A DNA stretch of 64,000 bases from a virus, in the IMG/VR virus record IMGVR_UViG_3300036792_000267, positions 87,378-151,377 of that record, one strand, 5' to 3'. Positions 28,677 through 38,202 of the stretch are shown here, piece by piece. The translations under genes and the position numbers were made by a program. How positions within the stretch are numbered: position 1 is the first letter of the stretch; the number at the start of each line of letters is the position of its first letter. The notes under the pieces were generated by a model. It had not been told where the DNA came from and ran no database searches. It worked only from the letters and a program-made list of their open reading frames with translations.

Positions 28677-29294
28677 ATGGCAACCGCGACCGCACCGGGC
28701 TACCGGACCAGCTACACCGTCAAGGCGCGCTCGCGTGCCGGAGAGCACGAGTTTCTTTCGTGCTCCCTTGTGGCATCTCGTGTCCTGGCTGTGGCTATTC
28801 CGCTGACGCAAGGCAAGACAGCGTTCATCGACCCTGAAGATGCCGCCCTGGTAGGTGTGTATGGCTGGGCTGCTCAGCGTCGTGAGAACAACCTCTGGTA
28901 CGCCATCGCTTACGTCCGGGGAAGTGCCGCGAACGGCGGGACCGCGCGCTACGTCTACATGCACGCGCTGGTCAGCGGTGCGAGCCGGCCGGATCACATT
29001 GACCGTAACGGCTTGAACAACACCAAGATCAATTTGCGTGTCGCCAACGGCGCGCAGAACAACGCCAACCAGGGCAAGCGGCAGGGCTGCTCCTCCCGGT
29101 TCAAGGGCGTGACCTACGTCGCGCGGACCGGCAAGTGGGCAGCCCAGCTGCACAGCGGCGGGCGCAAGCACCATCTCGGTTACTTCACTGAGGAAGAGGA
29201 GGCTGCTCGTGTCTACGATGACGCTGCCGTCCAGAAGTTCGGTGAGTTCGCGGCAACAAACGCCATGCTTGGCCTGCTCCCCGAGGAAGGCTGA
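28677..29294 (+). CDS. HNH endonuclease with C-terminal AP2 domain
   Basis: IPLTQGKTAFID...DHIDRNGLNNTKINLR; SSRFKGV...KWAAQL...HLGYF..EEEAARVYD. Confidence 0.85.
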   Translation: MATATAPGYRTSYTVKARSRAGEHEFLSCSLVASRVLAVAIPLTQGKTAFIDPEDAALVGVYGWAAQRRENNLWYAIAYVRGSAANGGTARYVYMHALVSGASRPDHIDRNGLNNTKINLRVANGAQNNANQGKRQGCSSRFKGVTYVARTGKWAAQLHSGGRKHHLGYFTEEEEAARVYDDAAVQKFGEFAATNAMLGLLPEEG

Positions 29295-29298
29295 GCCT

Positions 29299-30231
29299 GT
29301 GGAGGGAACGACCCACGCGGCCACCGGGCTGCTGCTGGGGGCGGGCATCGGCCTGCTGACCACCGGCCCCCTGCGCGGCACCGGCACGGTCCACGACCTG
29401 GCCATAGCGCACGCTGTCGGCCGTGACCTGCTGTTCGGCGCGGTGACCGCGGGCATGGCCCTGCTGCCCGACGCCGACCACCCGGACGCCACGTTTGCCT
29501 ACTCGGCTGGCGCGGTGAGCCACGGCATCAGCCACCTGGTGGCAGTCGCCTTCGGCGGGCACCGGCAGGGCATGCACTCGCTGGTCGGCATCGCGTTCTG
29601 GTCGGCCGCCGCCGAGGCGTGCGCCGTGTGGTGGCCCAACCGCTGGGCGCTCGGCTTCCTGGCCGCGTTCATCGCCATCTGCGTGGTCGCCGGCCTGAAG
29701 GCAACCGGGTTCATGCGCCACGGCGGGCGCGGCCACAGGTCGCGCGGCGGCGGGCTGCGCCGCGCGCTCGCCGGGTGCGGCATCGCCGCCCTGGCGGTCA
29801 CCTACGCCCGCGCTGACCTGTGGTGGCTGGTGGCGCTGGGCATGGCGCTGCATATCCTCGAAGACGAGTTCACCGGCCACGGCTGCGCGCTGCTGTGGCC
29901 CATCTCGCGTAAGCGGTTCGGCGGTGACGGCAGGCAGCCGGCGGGCAGCCGCCGCGCTCTCGCCCGCAAGCCCCGGTCCGGTTACAGCGAGGCCCGTGAC
30001 CGCGCGCTCCGCCCGGTTGCCGCGTCCCCTGCCCGTAAGCCCCGGCTGGCTGCGGTCAAGCCGACGTGCCCCGCGTGCTGGATGGGCGAGTGCAGCGAGT
30101 GCAAGGACCGCGGGTGCGGCTGCCCTGAGCAGGGACCGGACGTGCACCAGCTGCGGCCGAAGCGCCGTGCGGCAGTGCCCGCGACGGCTGAGCCGCTACC
30201 GCCGCCGGAGGAAGATATTCCCCCCTATTAG
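29299..30231 (+). CDS. Membrane-bound metal-dependent hydrolase (YdjM/DUF457-like)
   Basis: THAATG...LLPDADHP...HRQGMHS...LHILED..T..G..LLWP. Confidence 0.75.
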   Translation: MEGTTHAATGLLLGAGIGLLTTGPLRGTGTVHDLAIAHAVGRDLLFGAVTAGMALLPDADHPDATFAYSAGAVSHGISHLVAVAFGGHRQGMHSLVGIAFWSAAAEACAVWWPNRWALGFLAAFIAICVVAGLKATGFMRHGGRGHRSRGGGLRRALAGCGIAALAVTYARADLWWLVALGMALHILEDEFTGHGCALLWPISRKRFGGDGRQPAGSRRALARKPRSGYSEARDRALRPVAASPARKPRLAAVKPTCPACWMGECSECKDRGCGCPEQGPDVHQLRPKRRAAVPATAEPLPPPEEDIPPY

Positions 30232-30295
30232 CTTGACTGGAGTCAAGCGCTCACGTATGCTGGCAAGCACAGGCAACCGAGTGAAGGGCAGGCAC
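30232..30295 (+). promoter_or_regulatory. Cassette promoter/leader element
   Basis: CTTGACTGGAGTCAAG; TTGACT-17-TATGCT; CAGGCAACCGAG; GAAGGGCAGGCAC-GTG. Confidence 0.85.
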
Positions 30296-30520
30296 GTGAA
30301 GATCTTCCACCTGGAGCGCGAGGGTGTGCACTACGACGAGGCTGTGGGGTTCGTGGTCATTGCCCGTGACCTGGACCAGGCACGCGAGTACGCGTGCGGT
30401 CAGGCGGGCGACGAGGGCGCGAACGCCTGGTACCGGCCGGACGTCAAAGTCGCGGTCATCGGCCGGTCCGCAGCCGGCGAGCAGGCCCGGGTTGTCTTGC
30501 GGGACTTCCACGCGGGCTAA
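30296..30520 (+). CDS. Hypothetical protein
   Basis: Starts right after leader motif. Confidence 0.65.
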   Translation: MKIFHLEREGVHYDEAVGFVVIARDLDQAREYACGQAGDEGANAWYRPDVKVAVIGRSAAGEQARVVLRDFHAG

Positions 30521-30529
30521 CCCCTGAGC

Positions 30530-30575
30530 GAGCGGGCGCCTGCCTTCCACCCCGAGGACAGGCGCCCGCTCTTTT
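30530..30575 (+). terminator. Intrinsic terminator
   Basis: GAGCGGGCGCCTG/CAGGCGCCCGCTC stem followed by TTTT. Confidence 0.7.
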
Positions 30576-30576
30576 G

Positions 30577-30636
30577 CTTGACCAGAGTCAAGCTGTAGCC
30601 TACGATGTAGCCAGAAGCCAACTGGAGGGCAGGCAC
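30577..30636 (+). promoter_or_regulatory. Cassette promoter/leader element
   Basis: CTTGACCAGAGTCAAG; 17-TACGAT; AGGGCAGGCAC-ATG. Confidence 0.85.
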
Positions 30637-31416
30637 ATGGCAATGACACCAGAGCAGATGCAGCGCCTTGAGCGGGACGCCTCGCTCATGGCGGTCGCGC
30701 ACTCGCTGACCGCGGCCGAGCGGGTGCTGTTCCTCGGCAAGGTCGCGCGCCGGTACCCGCGCCTCCTGGGTGCGGACGTGGCCGACGTGCTCGATTTCAC
30801 CAACGACTACGACGAGTTCCTTGACCAGACCGAGCCGTTTTTCGAGCGGTTCGACGCGCAGATGCCGGACGTGCCGGGTGTCATCTTCGCGGCGCACGTC
30901 ATCATCGTGATGGGCTGGAAGCTGACCCCCGGCCGGGTGTGGTCCCTCCTGCAGCGCGCCGGCGCGGTCGACGCGCCGCGTTACCCCGAGGTCGAGGTGG
31001 GCCTGTGGGTGCACGAGCACGATCTTGGGGGAGGGCCGTGCACCGCCGACGCGAATGAAGCGCTGCTCAGGGCCCGCGCTGAGCAGGGCCTGCGCGCAGC
31101 AGGAATTTCCGAGAGTGAGATAACGGAGTTCCGTGAGTCGGTGCGCCTGCGGCCGGGCAGCCTGACCCTGCAGCTGGGACTGCAGTGGAACGTGGCCGAC
31201 ATCGCGAAGTGGGTGACCTTGGTGGACCGCTTCACCGAGATGCCGCGCAAGGTCTACGACCCTATCCATGACCTGGCGGTGGTGCTGCACTGGGCGTCCG
31301 CTGAGCCGGGTGACCCGGATGACCAGGCGCTGGCCAACCTCCGCTCGCACCTGGACATGCGCGCGCCCGAGACGATCGAGGCCAGCCTTAACTCGTTCTT
31401 CGGCAAGGAGGCCTGA
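30637..31416 (+). CDS. Hypothetical protein
   Basis: Start after leader motif; YPEVEV...LRAAGISESEITEFR resembles the C-terminal domain of 41057-41470. Confidence 0.65.
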   Translation: MAMTPEQMQRLERDASLMAVAHSLTAAERVLFLGKVARRYPRLLGADVADVLDFTNDYDEFLDQTEPFFERFDAQMPDVPGVIFAAHVIIVMGWKLTPGRVWSLLQRAGAVDAPRYPEVEVGLWVHEHDLGGGPCTADANEALLRARAEQGLRAAGISESEITEFRESVRLRPGSLTLQLGLQWNVADIAKWVTLVDRFTEMPRKVYDPIHDLAVVLHWASAEPGDPDDQALANLRSHLDMRAPETIEASLNSFFGKEA

Positions 31417-31417
31417 C

Positions 31418-31672
31418 ATGGAAGACAAGCAGCACAAGGGCCCGGGTCACGGCGACGTGGACCTCAGCCTGGCCGCCGTCACCCCGGACGGCGACCAGTA
31501 CTACCGCTCGTGGACGATTTGCGAGTGCTCGGGGCTGTACCAGCGCCTGGATACCATCCTGGGCCCGCCGCAGCAGGAGAGCGTGGTGCCCGCGGAGGTG
31601 GTGCGCGCTACCGCCGCGGCGGTGCTGGCCGTGCCGGGGGCTGTGCGTTTTCTCGGTACGGAGGGCAACTGA
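31418..31672 (+). CDS. Hypothetical protein
   Basis: AAGGAGG SD. Confidence 0.6.
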   Translation: MEDKQHKGPGHGDVDLSLAAVTPDGDQYYRSWTICECSGLYQRLDTILGPPQQESVVPAEVVRATAAAVLAVPGAVRFLGTEGN

Positions 31673-31673
31673 C

Positions 31674-32093
31674 GTGCACTGGATCAAGTTCACTACCTGC
31701 GAGATGGCCTACGGGCGCGACCACGGCTACCTGGTCATCCGCGAGGAGTCGGGGGTGCGGCTCGGCCGCTTCTCCATCGACGCCGGCGCCCGTAACCTGC
31801 ACGCCGTGGTCGCGCGGGAGGTGCTGGCGAGCGCCCTTGTCTTCCCGCTGGGCCGCGGGCCCGGCCGCCCTGGCGGTGACCCGGAGCTTGACGCCCTGGT
31901 GGCGTCGGCCAAGGTGTACGCCGAGCGGTTCGAGGCGGGGGAGAGCATGGTGGGCCCCGACTGGCGCGGCCGGGCCTGGCAGCATGATGACCAGGCAAAG
32001 CCGGACCCTAATGCCGGCCGCTGCCCTGGCCCCGGCGGGTGCCTCCCCGACGAGCCCTGCATCTACCGTGGCGACGACTGCGCGCCTCGCTGA
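31674..32093 (+). CDS. Hypothetical protein
   Basis: GGAGG SD, operon position. Confidence 0.6.
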   Translation: MHWIKFTTCEMAYGRDHGYLVIREESGVRLGRFSIDAGARNLHAVVAREVLASALVFPLGRGPGRPGGDPELDALVASAKVYAERFEAGESMVGPDWRGRAWQHDDQAKPDPNAGRCPGPGGCLPDEPCIYRGDDCAPR

Positions 32094-32110
32094 GCGGAAT
32101 AGTTCTTCTG

Positions 32111-32175
32111 CTTGACTCCAGTCAAGACAATGGGTAACCTGGTGCCGTAAGCACTACTGAAGGGCAGGCACCCCG
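32111..32175 (+). promoter_or_regulatory. Cassette promoter/leader element
   Basis: CTTGACTCCAGTCAAG; 17-TAACCT; AGGGCAGGCACCCCG-ATG. Confidence 0.85.
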
Positions 32176-32679
32176 ATGACTGAGATCGAGACGCTTTCCG
32201 AGGACGCCATCGTCGTCCTGGCCGCGCTGCGCGACGCGTCCACCATCCGCCGCGAGCCGACCGCCGCGCACCCGAGCGGCTACCAGCGCTTTTTCACCGT
32301 CACCAACCTGGTGTCCGACGGGCTGCTATTCGGCGGGGACCTGCGCAACATGCGCGGCATCGCCGCCCTGGACAAGACCGCGCGCGGTCTCTACAAGAAG
32401 GGCCTGGTGCACGCGCAGACCTTGCACACGCGCCGCTACTACGCGCTGACCGACGCCGGGGAGGCGCTGCTGGCCAGGATCGAGAAGGAGGCCGGCGTTG
32501 ACGGCCTGGTGGCCGCGGAGATCGAGCACCGCAAGGCCCGTGCCGAGGCCGAGGCCGCGCAGGCCCGTGCCCGCGACGCCATGGAGGCGCTGAGGCTGGC
32601 CCGCAAGGCGGCCGGAGCGCGCTATTCGCTGGAGTCGCTGTTGGACGCGCGCCGCGAGCACCCGCTGAGCAGGAGGTAA
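32176..32679 (+). CDS. Winged-helix-like hypothetical protein
   Basis: LYKKGLV...YYALTDAGEALL. Confidence 0.6.
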   Translation: MTEIETLSEDAIVVLAALRDASTIRREPTAAHPSGYQRFFTVTNLVSDGLLFGGDLRNMRGIAALDKTARGLYKKGLVHAQTLHTRRYYALTDAGEALLARIEKEAGVDGLVAAEIEHRKARAEAEAAQARARDAMEALRLARKAAGARYSLESLLDARREHPLSRR

Positions 32680-32683
32680 GACG

Positions 32684-33361
32684 ATGCCTAAGCAGTACGA
32701 GGACTACACCACCGGCCCGGACGGCGACGAGCACCACCCGGCTTTCGGCCTGGTCGCCCTTCACCGGATCAGCGCCAGCCCTGGCGCGGACCTGTTCCAG
32801 TCGGACGTCCGGCACCCGGAGTACATGCGGGTCACGGTTCACGAGGCCACTCGCAAGCGCGACGGGTACCGCGACTGGGTGCACCCGGAGCGGGTGGTCT
32901 GCGAGATCAGCCTTTCGATGGCGCAGTTCGCATCGTTCGTGGCCAGCACCGGCCAGGGCAGCGGGGTCCCGTGCACGATCGAGTGGACCACCGCCGGCAC
33001 GCACGAGCCGGGAGACCGGCCGGGGCTTCTGCCGGCACCGCGGCTCTCGCTCACCCATGACGAGGTGCGGGCGGCGGCGCACGAGGCGTTCAGGGGCATC
33101 AAGGCGGCCGAGTCGGCGTACTGGAACGCGGTGGACAACAAGGCACCGGCTGCGGAGCGCAAGCAGCTCCGGGCGAAGCTGAGTGCCGCGATCCGCAACG
33201 CCGAGCCGAACGTGGAGTACGCGGCCAAGACGCTGGACGAGCACGCCGGGGCCGTGGTGGAGCAGTCCCGCACCGACGTTGAGACCATGGTCTTTGAGGC
33301 GGCTAAGCGGGCTGGCATCGAGCCGGAGGCGATCGTCCGCGCCATCACCGATGGGTCGTGA
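32684..33361 (+). CDS. Hypothetical phage protein
   Basis: AGGAGG SD; HPAFG...LFQSD...GSGVPCTI. Confidence 0.65.
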   Translation: MPKQYEDYTTGPDGDEHHPAFGLVALHRISASPGADLFQSDVRHPEYMRVTVHEATRKRDGYRDWVHPERVVCEISLSMAQFASFVASTGQGSGVPCTIEWTTAGTHEPGDRPGLLPAPRLSLTHDEVRAAAHEAFRGIKAAESAYWNAVDNKAPAAERKQLRAKLSAAIRNAEPNVEYAAKTLDEHAGAVVEQSRTDVETMVFEAAKRAGIEPEAIVRAITDGS

Positions 33362-33665
33362 CACCGTGAAGTGGCCCTGGCGTAAGCTCGCACCCCGGCT
33401 GCCTGCCCGGAGGTGGTTCGCGGACGATGACGGCACCTTCTACCGCAACTGCCCGCTCATCGACGCTGAGCGGGACGAGGTGATGGCGTGGCCGCTGCTC
33501 ACGCCGGGCAAGTTCGGGGCCTTGGAGGCCGAGTGGCGCGAGACGTTCAAGGCTGGCGTGCAGCGTAAGGCTGCGCTTGACCCTGGTGACGTGGTGGTCA
33601 CCCCCGCGCCGTTCCGCGAGGCGTATCCGCATCACCCGGGCTTGTGGGTGCTTGACGATGACTGA
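33351..33665 (+). CDS. Hypothetical protein
   Basis: Operon-contiguous ORF. Confidence 0.5.
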   Translation: MGRDTVKWPWRKLAPRLPARRWFADDDGTFYRNCPLIDAERDEVMAWPLLTPGKFGALEAEWRETFKAGVQRKAALDPGDVVVTPAPFREAYPHHPGLWVLDDD

Positions 33666-34119
33666 CCGGGTTACGCGGGTGTACCGCCTGGACATTCAAT
33701 ATCCCGAGGGGAGCGACGCCCCCGGGTGGGTGCCCGCGTGCTGGCCTGAGTTCCTGGCGAACATCAAGGACAAGGCGCAGCGCCGTGCGTTGCGCCGCCG
33801 CGGGTTCCGCTGGCCGCGCGAGCACCTGTACCTGTCGGCGTCGGGCGCGTGGTCGCGTGCCTGGCTGCTCATGTCGTTCGGCGCGGAGGTCTACGTGGAG
33901 GCGTCCGACCCGGTGACCTGGCCCGAGTGGCAGGACTCCAGCGCCAACGGGCGCGGCTGGGAGAGCGGCAGCACGGCGGCGCGCTGGGCGCCTCCGGAGC
34001 CGGAGGTAAGCGCAGCGGATGTCTTCCGCGAGCAGGCCGCCGGCTTCTGGGCTGCTTACTTCGAGGGCAAGGGGCCACCAGCCGACCGGGGGGCACTACA
34101 AGCTGAGGGAGAATCCTGA
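33658..34119 (+). CDS. Hypothetical protein
   Basis: Operon-contiguous ORF. Confidence 0.55.
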   Translation: MTDRVTRVYRLDIQYPEGSDAPGWVPACWPEFLANIKDKAQRRALRRRGFRWPREHLYLSASGAWSRAWLLMSFGAEVYVEASDPVTWPEWQDSSANGRGWESGSTAARWAPPEPEVSAADVFREQAAGFWAAYFEGKGPPADRGALQAEGES

Positions 34120-34454
34120 TGTTCCGGAGGAAGACGGCACCTGAGCCGGAGCGCAGCCCGCACCCGGACCCGCGTGTTGAGGCGCAGCTGCAGCACGTCC
34201 TGGCCTTGTACGCCTCAGCTCACCGGACTGAGGAACGCCTGGCGGACATCGCGGCGGAGCAGAAACTGCTTGACCAGAAAGCCCGTGCCTATGCCGACGA
34301 GCCTGGCACGTCGAAGCGACTGGCGGAGCAGTCAGGCCGGCTGCGTGCCGAGCGCGCGGAGCTGGAGGCGTTCATCGGCCAGGTGCACGAGGACATTACT
34401 TCCCGGCTGGTGAGCCTGGGGAACGACGCCCTGTACCTGCACGCGGCATCGTGA
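34119..34454 (+). CDS. Coiled-coil hypothetical protein
   Basis: TGATG coupling. Confidence 0.55.
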   Translation: MFRRKTAPEPERSPHPDPRVEAQLQHVLALYASAHRTEERLADIAAEQKLLDQKARAYADEPGTSKRLAEQSGRLRAERAELEAFIGQVHEDITSRLVSLGNDALYLHAAS

Positions 34455-34466
34455 GTTAGTTATTTG

Positions 34467-34529
34467 CTTGACTGTAGTCAAGACACCCCGTAGACTGGTG
34501 CTGTAACCAACCGAAGGGCAGGCACCCCG
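34467..34529 (+). promoter_or_regulatory. Cassette promoter/leader element
   Basis: CTTGACTGTAGTCAAG; 17-TAGACT; CAACCGAAGGGCAGGCAC. Confidence 0.85.
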
Positions 34530-34832
34530 ATGACCGAGAACACCGCCGCTGACATGGCGCAGCTCCGCGAGCACGTGATTGAGGCCCGCGAGTCCGCGCA
34601 GTTCCTGGCGGTCGCGTACGGCGACAGCGGGAGCGAAACGGGCGCGGCGAACGTCGAGGGCCAGGTGAAGGCCTATAACGACGTGCTGCGCATGATCGAC
34701 CGTTACGTGCTGCAGCCGGGCGAGCGCCGCGCGGCCAACGGCGTCGTCATCGGCTCGGGCGCGCGCCCGGACATCCCGCGCTTCGGCGCCGACGAGACCG
34801 ACAACGACTACCCGCCAGAGGCTCCGGAATGA
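34530..34832 (+). CDS. Hypothetical protein
   Basis: After leader motif. Confidence 0.65.
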   Translation: MTENTAADMAQLREHVIEARESAQFLAVAYGDSGSETGAANVEGQVKAYNDVLRMIDRYVLQPGERRAANGVVIGSGARPDIPRFGADETDNDYPPEAPE

Positions 34833-35104
34833 GCGGCGTCTCGGTTCAGGTGGGCCCGCGGTCGGTCGGCGAGCGCTGTGCGGCCTGGGGACTGGCAATC
34901 GCGCGGGACAGGTTCATGACCGTCCTGGTGGTTGCCGCTGTCGTGTTCGAGGCTGTTCTGGTCACGGTCATCATGCTGGCCAATGCTGCGGCGCGCGACT
35001 CCGGGCCCGCGGTCTTCACCCCGCCGACGGCGTTCTGCCCGGCAGGCCAGTACGTAACAAGTATCAGCGCGTCCGGGTGGCCGGTCTGCGTTCCCGGCCA
35101 CTAG
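34829..35104 (+). CDS. Small membrane protein
   Basis: ATGA coupling, one TM helix. Confidence 0.5.
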   Translation: MSGVSVQVGPRSVGERCAAWGLAIARDRFMTVLVVAAVVFEAVLVTVIMLANAAARDSGPAVFTPPTAFCPAGQYVTSISASGWPVCVPGH

Positions 35105-35116
35105 AAGGGCAGGCGC

Positions 35117-35335
35117 ATGGCACTGAACGACGAGGATCTGCTGAAGCTCGTGAGTGAGCTGAACAGCGACTACAACGAGGACGTCGGCGAGTTCGGCGGT
35201 TACGTGACGTACAGCATCGACGCCGGCGTGCTCACGGTGAAGGCCCAGATGGCCACCGACGCGGACGGCCAGCAGCCCCTGGAGGCTACGGAGCGGTCCT
35301 GGCGGCTGGTTCCCGTACGTCCGGGTGGCGAGTGA
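35117..35335 (+). CDS. Hypothetical protein
   Basis: GAAGGGCAGGCGC leader directly before ATG. Confidence 0.6.
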   Translation: MALNDEDLLKLVSELNSDYNEDVGEFGGYVTYSIDAGVLTVKAQMATDADGQQPLEATERSWRLVPVRPGGE

Positions 35336-35750
35336 AATGCTGAAGATCACCTTCGCCCTTGACCAGGAGAATGACGGCATTGAGATCAGGCACGACGGCA
35401 GGCAGGTCTTCTGGGACAACGCGCCGGACGGCTGGACCTCGTACTTCCAGGTCATGCCGTGCGGCGTGCCCGTGCTGCTGGACTACGACAACGGCGACCC
35501 CCGCGAGCCGGACGACCGCGACTACCCGCAAGGCGAGGGCACTGACTCGCGCCTCAAGCGCTGGCTGGTCGACAACGGCACCGACCCGCGTATCCGCGAG
35601 ATCGAGTACGACGAGGACGACCAGCCGCTCACCGCGGCTGAGGACGTCACCATGTCTGGCGCGGACCTGCATTCCCTGCTGCTTCAGGTGGCCGAGCGGA
35701 TGTACTGGTACGGCGCGGATGACGTCGTTGAGCGGCACGGCATCCGGTGA
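35325..35750 (+). CDS. Acidic hypothetical protein
   Basis: Operon-contiguous ORF. Confidence 0.55.
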   Translation: MASEMLKITFALDQENDGIEIRHDGRQVFWDNAPDGWTSYFQVMPCGVPVLLDYDNGDPREPDDRDYPQGEGTDSRLKRWLVDNGTDPRIREIEYDEDDQPLTAAEDVTMSGADLHSLLLQVAERMYWYGADDVVERHGIR

Positions 35751-35877
35751 TCCTCACCTTGTTCGAGGCTGCGCTGTCGGCCTGCGTGGCCGCGTGGCTC
35801 AAGATCTGCGAGAGCCTGCCTGACCTGCTTGCGGTCATCTTCCTCGCCCGCGTGGGCCTGACCCTGGCGCGTGTCCG

Positions 35878-36117
35878 GTGAGCGGCGGCCTGACCCCGGG
35901 CGAGAGGGTGGCGGCCGGGCGCGCGTTCGCTGACGTGCACGACTGGGCGGGCAGCGCCTGGCGCAGCCTTGAGTCAGTGGTGGTGCCGCCGACCCGCGCG
36001 AGCGTGCTGGCGAGCGTCGATGAGCTGGCGAAGCGCCTGGAGGAGATTCGGCTGCAGCTGGACATGCCCGAACTTCCTTCGGCTAACTGGCAGTCTGCCG
36101 GAACCGGGTGGGTGTAG
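35878..36117 (+). CDS. Hypothetical protein
   Basis: Operon-contiguous ORF. Confidence 0.45.
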   Translation: MSGGLTPGERVAAGRAFADVHDWAGSAWRSLESVVVPPTRASVLASVDELAKRLEEIRLQLDMPELPSANWQSAGTGWV

Positions 36118-36119
36118 TC

Positions 36120-36347
36120 GTGGCCACCGACACCGGCAGCTACCTGCGCAAGCTCAAACAGCGCGGCTACACGGTGCCCGAGCGCAGGGACGGCCAGGGA
36201 CACCGGCAGGTCTGGCACGGTAACACGCTGGTGGCCACCATCTCGGTCTCCAATCCGGGCGGCCGGGGGTTCGCCAACCTGAAGGCTGAAATCCGCCGGT
36301 ACGAGCAAAACAAGCCGACCAGGAAGACACGACAGAGGAGAACCTGA
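36120..36347 (+). CDS. HicA-like small basic protein
   Basis: LKQRGYTV...GHRQVW...VATISVSNP..R.FANLKAEIRR resembles HicA-fold proteins. Confidence 0.45.
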   Translation: MATDTGSYLRKLKQRGYTVPERRDGQGHRQVWHGNTLVATISVSNPGGRGFANLKAEIRRYEQNKPTRKTRQRRT

Positions 36348-36652
36348 TGGAAGAGCCGAAGCCAGAGGACTACCTGTTCCTGCCCGTCGACCAGGTGGCC
36401 GCGCCCGTCAAGGGCGTTTACTTCCAGCGCTATGCCGACGCTTGGTGGGCCGTTCACCCGGACAAGGGCCTGGTCTTCTACAACCCGCGACGCGGTGACG
36501 GCCGGCGCAGGCACAGCTACTGGGGTGCCCCGCAGTGCAATACCGATGAGCGCATTGCCCGCGGGGTCTCGCGCGACCACCTCCCGTTCCCCGTGGAGGT
36601 CCGCAAGTTTCCGGTGGTCTTTGTCCAGGTCAACATCAGCGACTACGCTTAA
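36347..36652 (+). CDS. Hypothetical protein
   Basis: GAGGAG SD, TGATG coupling. Confidence 0.6.
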   Translation: MEEPKPEDYLFLPVDQVAAPVKGVYFQRYADAWWAVHPDKGLVFYNPRRGDGRRRHSYWGAPQCNTDERIARGVSRDHLPFPVEVRKFPVVFVQVNISDYA

Positions 36653-36655
36653 TAG

Positions 36656-36716
36656 CTTGACCCGAGTCAAGCCACAGCCTAGACTGCCCGTAGGCAACCG
36701 AGCGAAGGGCGGGCAT
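36656..36716 (+). promoter_or_regulatory. Cassette promoter/leader element
   Basis: CTTGACCCGAGTCAAG; 17-TAGACT; AGGCAACCGAGCGAAGGGCGGGCAT. Confidence 0.85.
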
Positions 36717-37136
36717 ATGAGCGGTACCAGGGAAGTGTGTGCGAGGAACTGCGGCAGTCGCAGCGCCATGTGGTTCTACCACGGCGAGTGGGTCTGTGAC
36801 CGCTGCTACAAGGCCGAGGAGTTCAGGCCGGGTCACTGGAACACCGGCGACCAGATGCATTTTCTCGGGCTGTGCAACGACTGCGACGCGCGCTACGCGG
36901 CGGCCATGTCACTGGAGAAGGCCGAGCAGTGGTACCGCTCCGGCCACTTCAGCCAGGACGTCTACGAGGCCTACACCCACGTGTGGGCGACGTCGGCGTA
37001 CCACTACAGCTCGCTAGGTGACAACTCGCGGCGCTCGCCGGTTATCCCCGAGGTCGTGCGCCTGGTCGCCATCATGCGCGGCGAGCTGGCCTTGCGGGTG
37101 ACCGTGAAGCGGAAGGGGACGCATGCTCACCACTGA
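36717..37136 (+). CDS. Cys-rich hypothetical protein
   Basis: After leader motif; CxxxC/CxxC pairs. Confidence 0.6.
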   Translation: MSGTREVCARNCGSRSAMWFYHGEWVCDRCYKAEEFRPGHWNTGDQMHFLGLCNDCDARYAAAMSLEKAEQWYRSGHFSQDVYEAYTHVWATSAYHYSSLGDNSRRSPVIPEVVRLVAIMRGELALRVTVKRKGTHAHH

Positions 37137-37461
37137 GCAGCTAGACGAGACCGAACGGCGGTACCTGCCTGCCGACCAGCAGAAGTGCCGGGTCTGCGGC
37201 GCTTCCCTGGTGTTTTCTTCTAGCGGGGACCGCTTCGGGGGCGGCTCGCGCTACAACTGCTCCAGCGACGACGCGAGCCCGCTGCGCAGTACGCTGCCGT
37301 TGCGTGAGCGCCTGGAGCACTGGGACCGGAGCACCTGGTATGACCGCGGGGACGTGAACATGCTCGTTGTCGAGCTGGTGCGGGCGTACCGCGAGCTGGA
37401 GCCGCGGGCGGCCTGCCCGTGCTTCGACGCGGCCATGGAGGAGCGCTTGAGGAATGACTGA
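37123..37461 (+). CDS. Hypothetical protein
   Basis: GAAGGGG SD. Confidence 0.55.
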   Translation: MLTTEQLDETERRYLPADQQKCRVCGASLVFSSSGDRFGGGSRYNCSSDDASPLRSTLPLRERLEHWDRSTWYDRGDVNMLVVELVRAYRELEPRAACPCFDAAMEERLRND

Positions 37462-38166
37462 GCCGAAGGAAGTTAGCCGCCTGGCCGAATCCCTGCGCGT
37501 GCTGGGATTCGGCCCGTTCGTGTTCGTGAGTGGCACGCCCGGCGGCGCGTGGGAGGTGGGCGTCGAGGGCGGTCACGTTCGTGCGGCGGCGGGCTTCGAG
37601 TTCCGCAACGGCCGGACCAGGCGCACTGACGGGACCATGGTCATCGACGGGAAGCCCGCGCCCCTGGCTGAGGACCTGGACGACCTGCGGCGCATTTGGG
37701 ATGAGCACGAGGGGGGCGTGGCTGCCCCGCCGACCCCCCTGTAGCCCTGGTGGAGATTTCCGACCCCGGCAGTCAGCCGGTGCCGCACATGGTCAGCTTC
37801 ACCGCGGACAACATGAGGCGCGCAGCTGAGGCCGGGGCCGGGTTCGAGGTCCGCGTAGGCACTTCGGGCGCGCACTGGGTCCTTGGCATCGACCTGCCGG
37901 GCGGCGACGGCCTGCGGATCGTGTTTACCCGCTACCGGCGGGTGTGGGACCTGGACAGGGGCCAGTCCGTACAGGTCATTGTCGGCGGCGAGGACAGGTC
38001 AGCGCAGGCAGGCGGCGACGTCGAGGCGGCGATGGCCCTGCTGGCGGGCGGTTCTGCCTCCCCTCCGGCCGATTCGCCTCCTGGCAGGTCGGCAGTCGGC
38101 CGGCGCGAGTCCTCGCGGCCCACTACCGGGGTAGCCACGCGGCGGATGGTGGTAATCCGCGAATGA
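37454..38166 (+). CDS. Hypothetical protein apparently split by a frameshift at a C6 run (ORFs 37454-37744 and 37750-38166)
   Basis: ACCCCCCT at 37733-37740; one extra C would join the two ORFs. Confidence 0.45.
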
Positions 38167-38202
38167 CATCTAGACGGACAGTAGCCGGTCAGTTACTCTC
38201 AG

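Noticed and set aside
30540-30556. Additional antisense loop in the terminator (GCCTGCCTTCC)
   Set aside because: Only a partial complement to the leader box and half buried in the stem; may be chance
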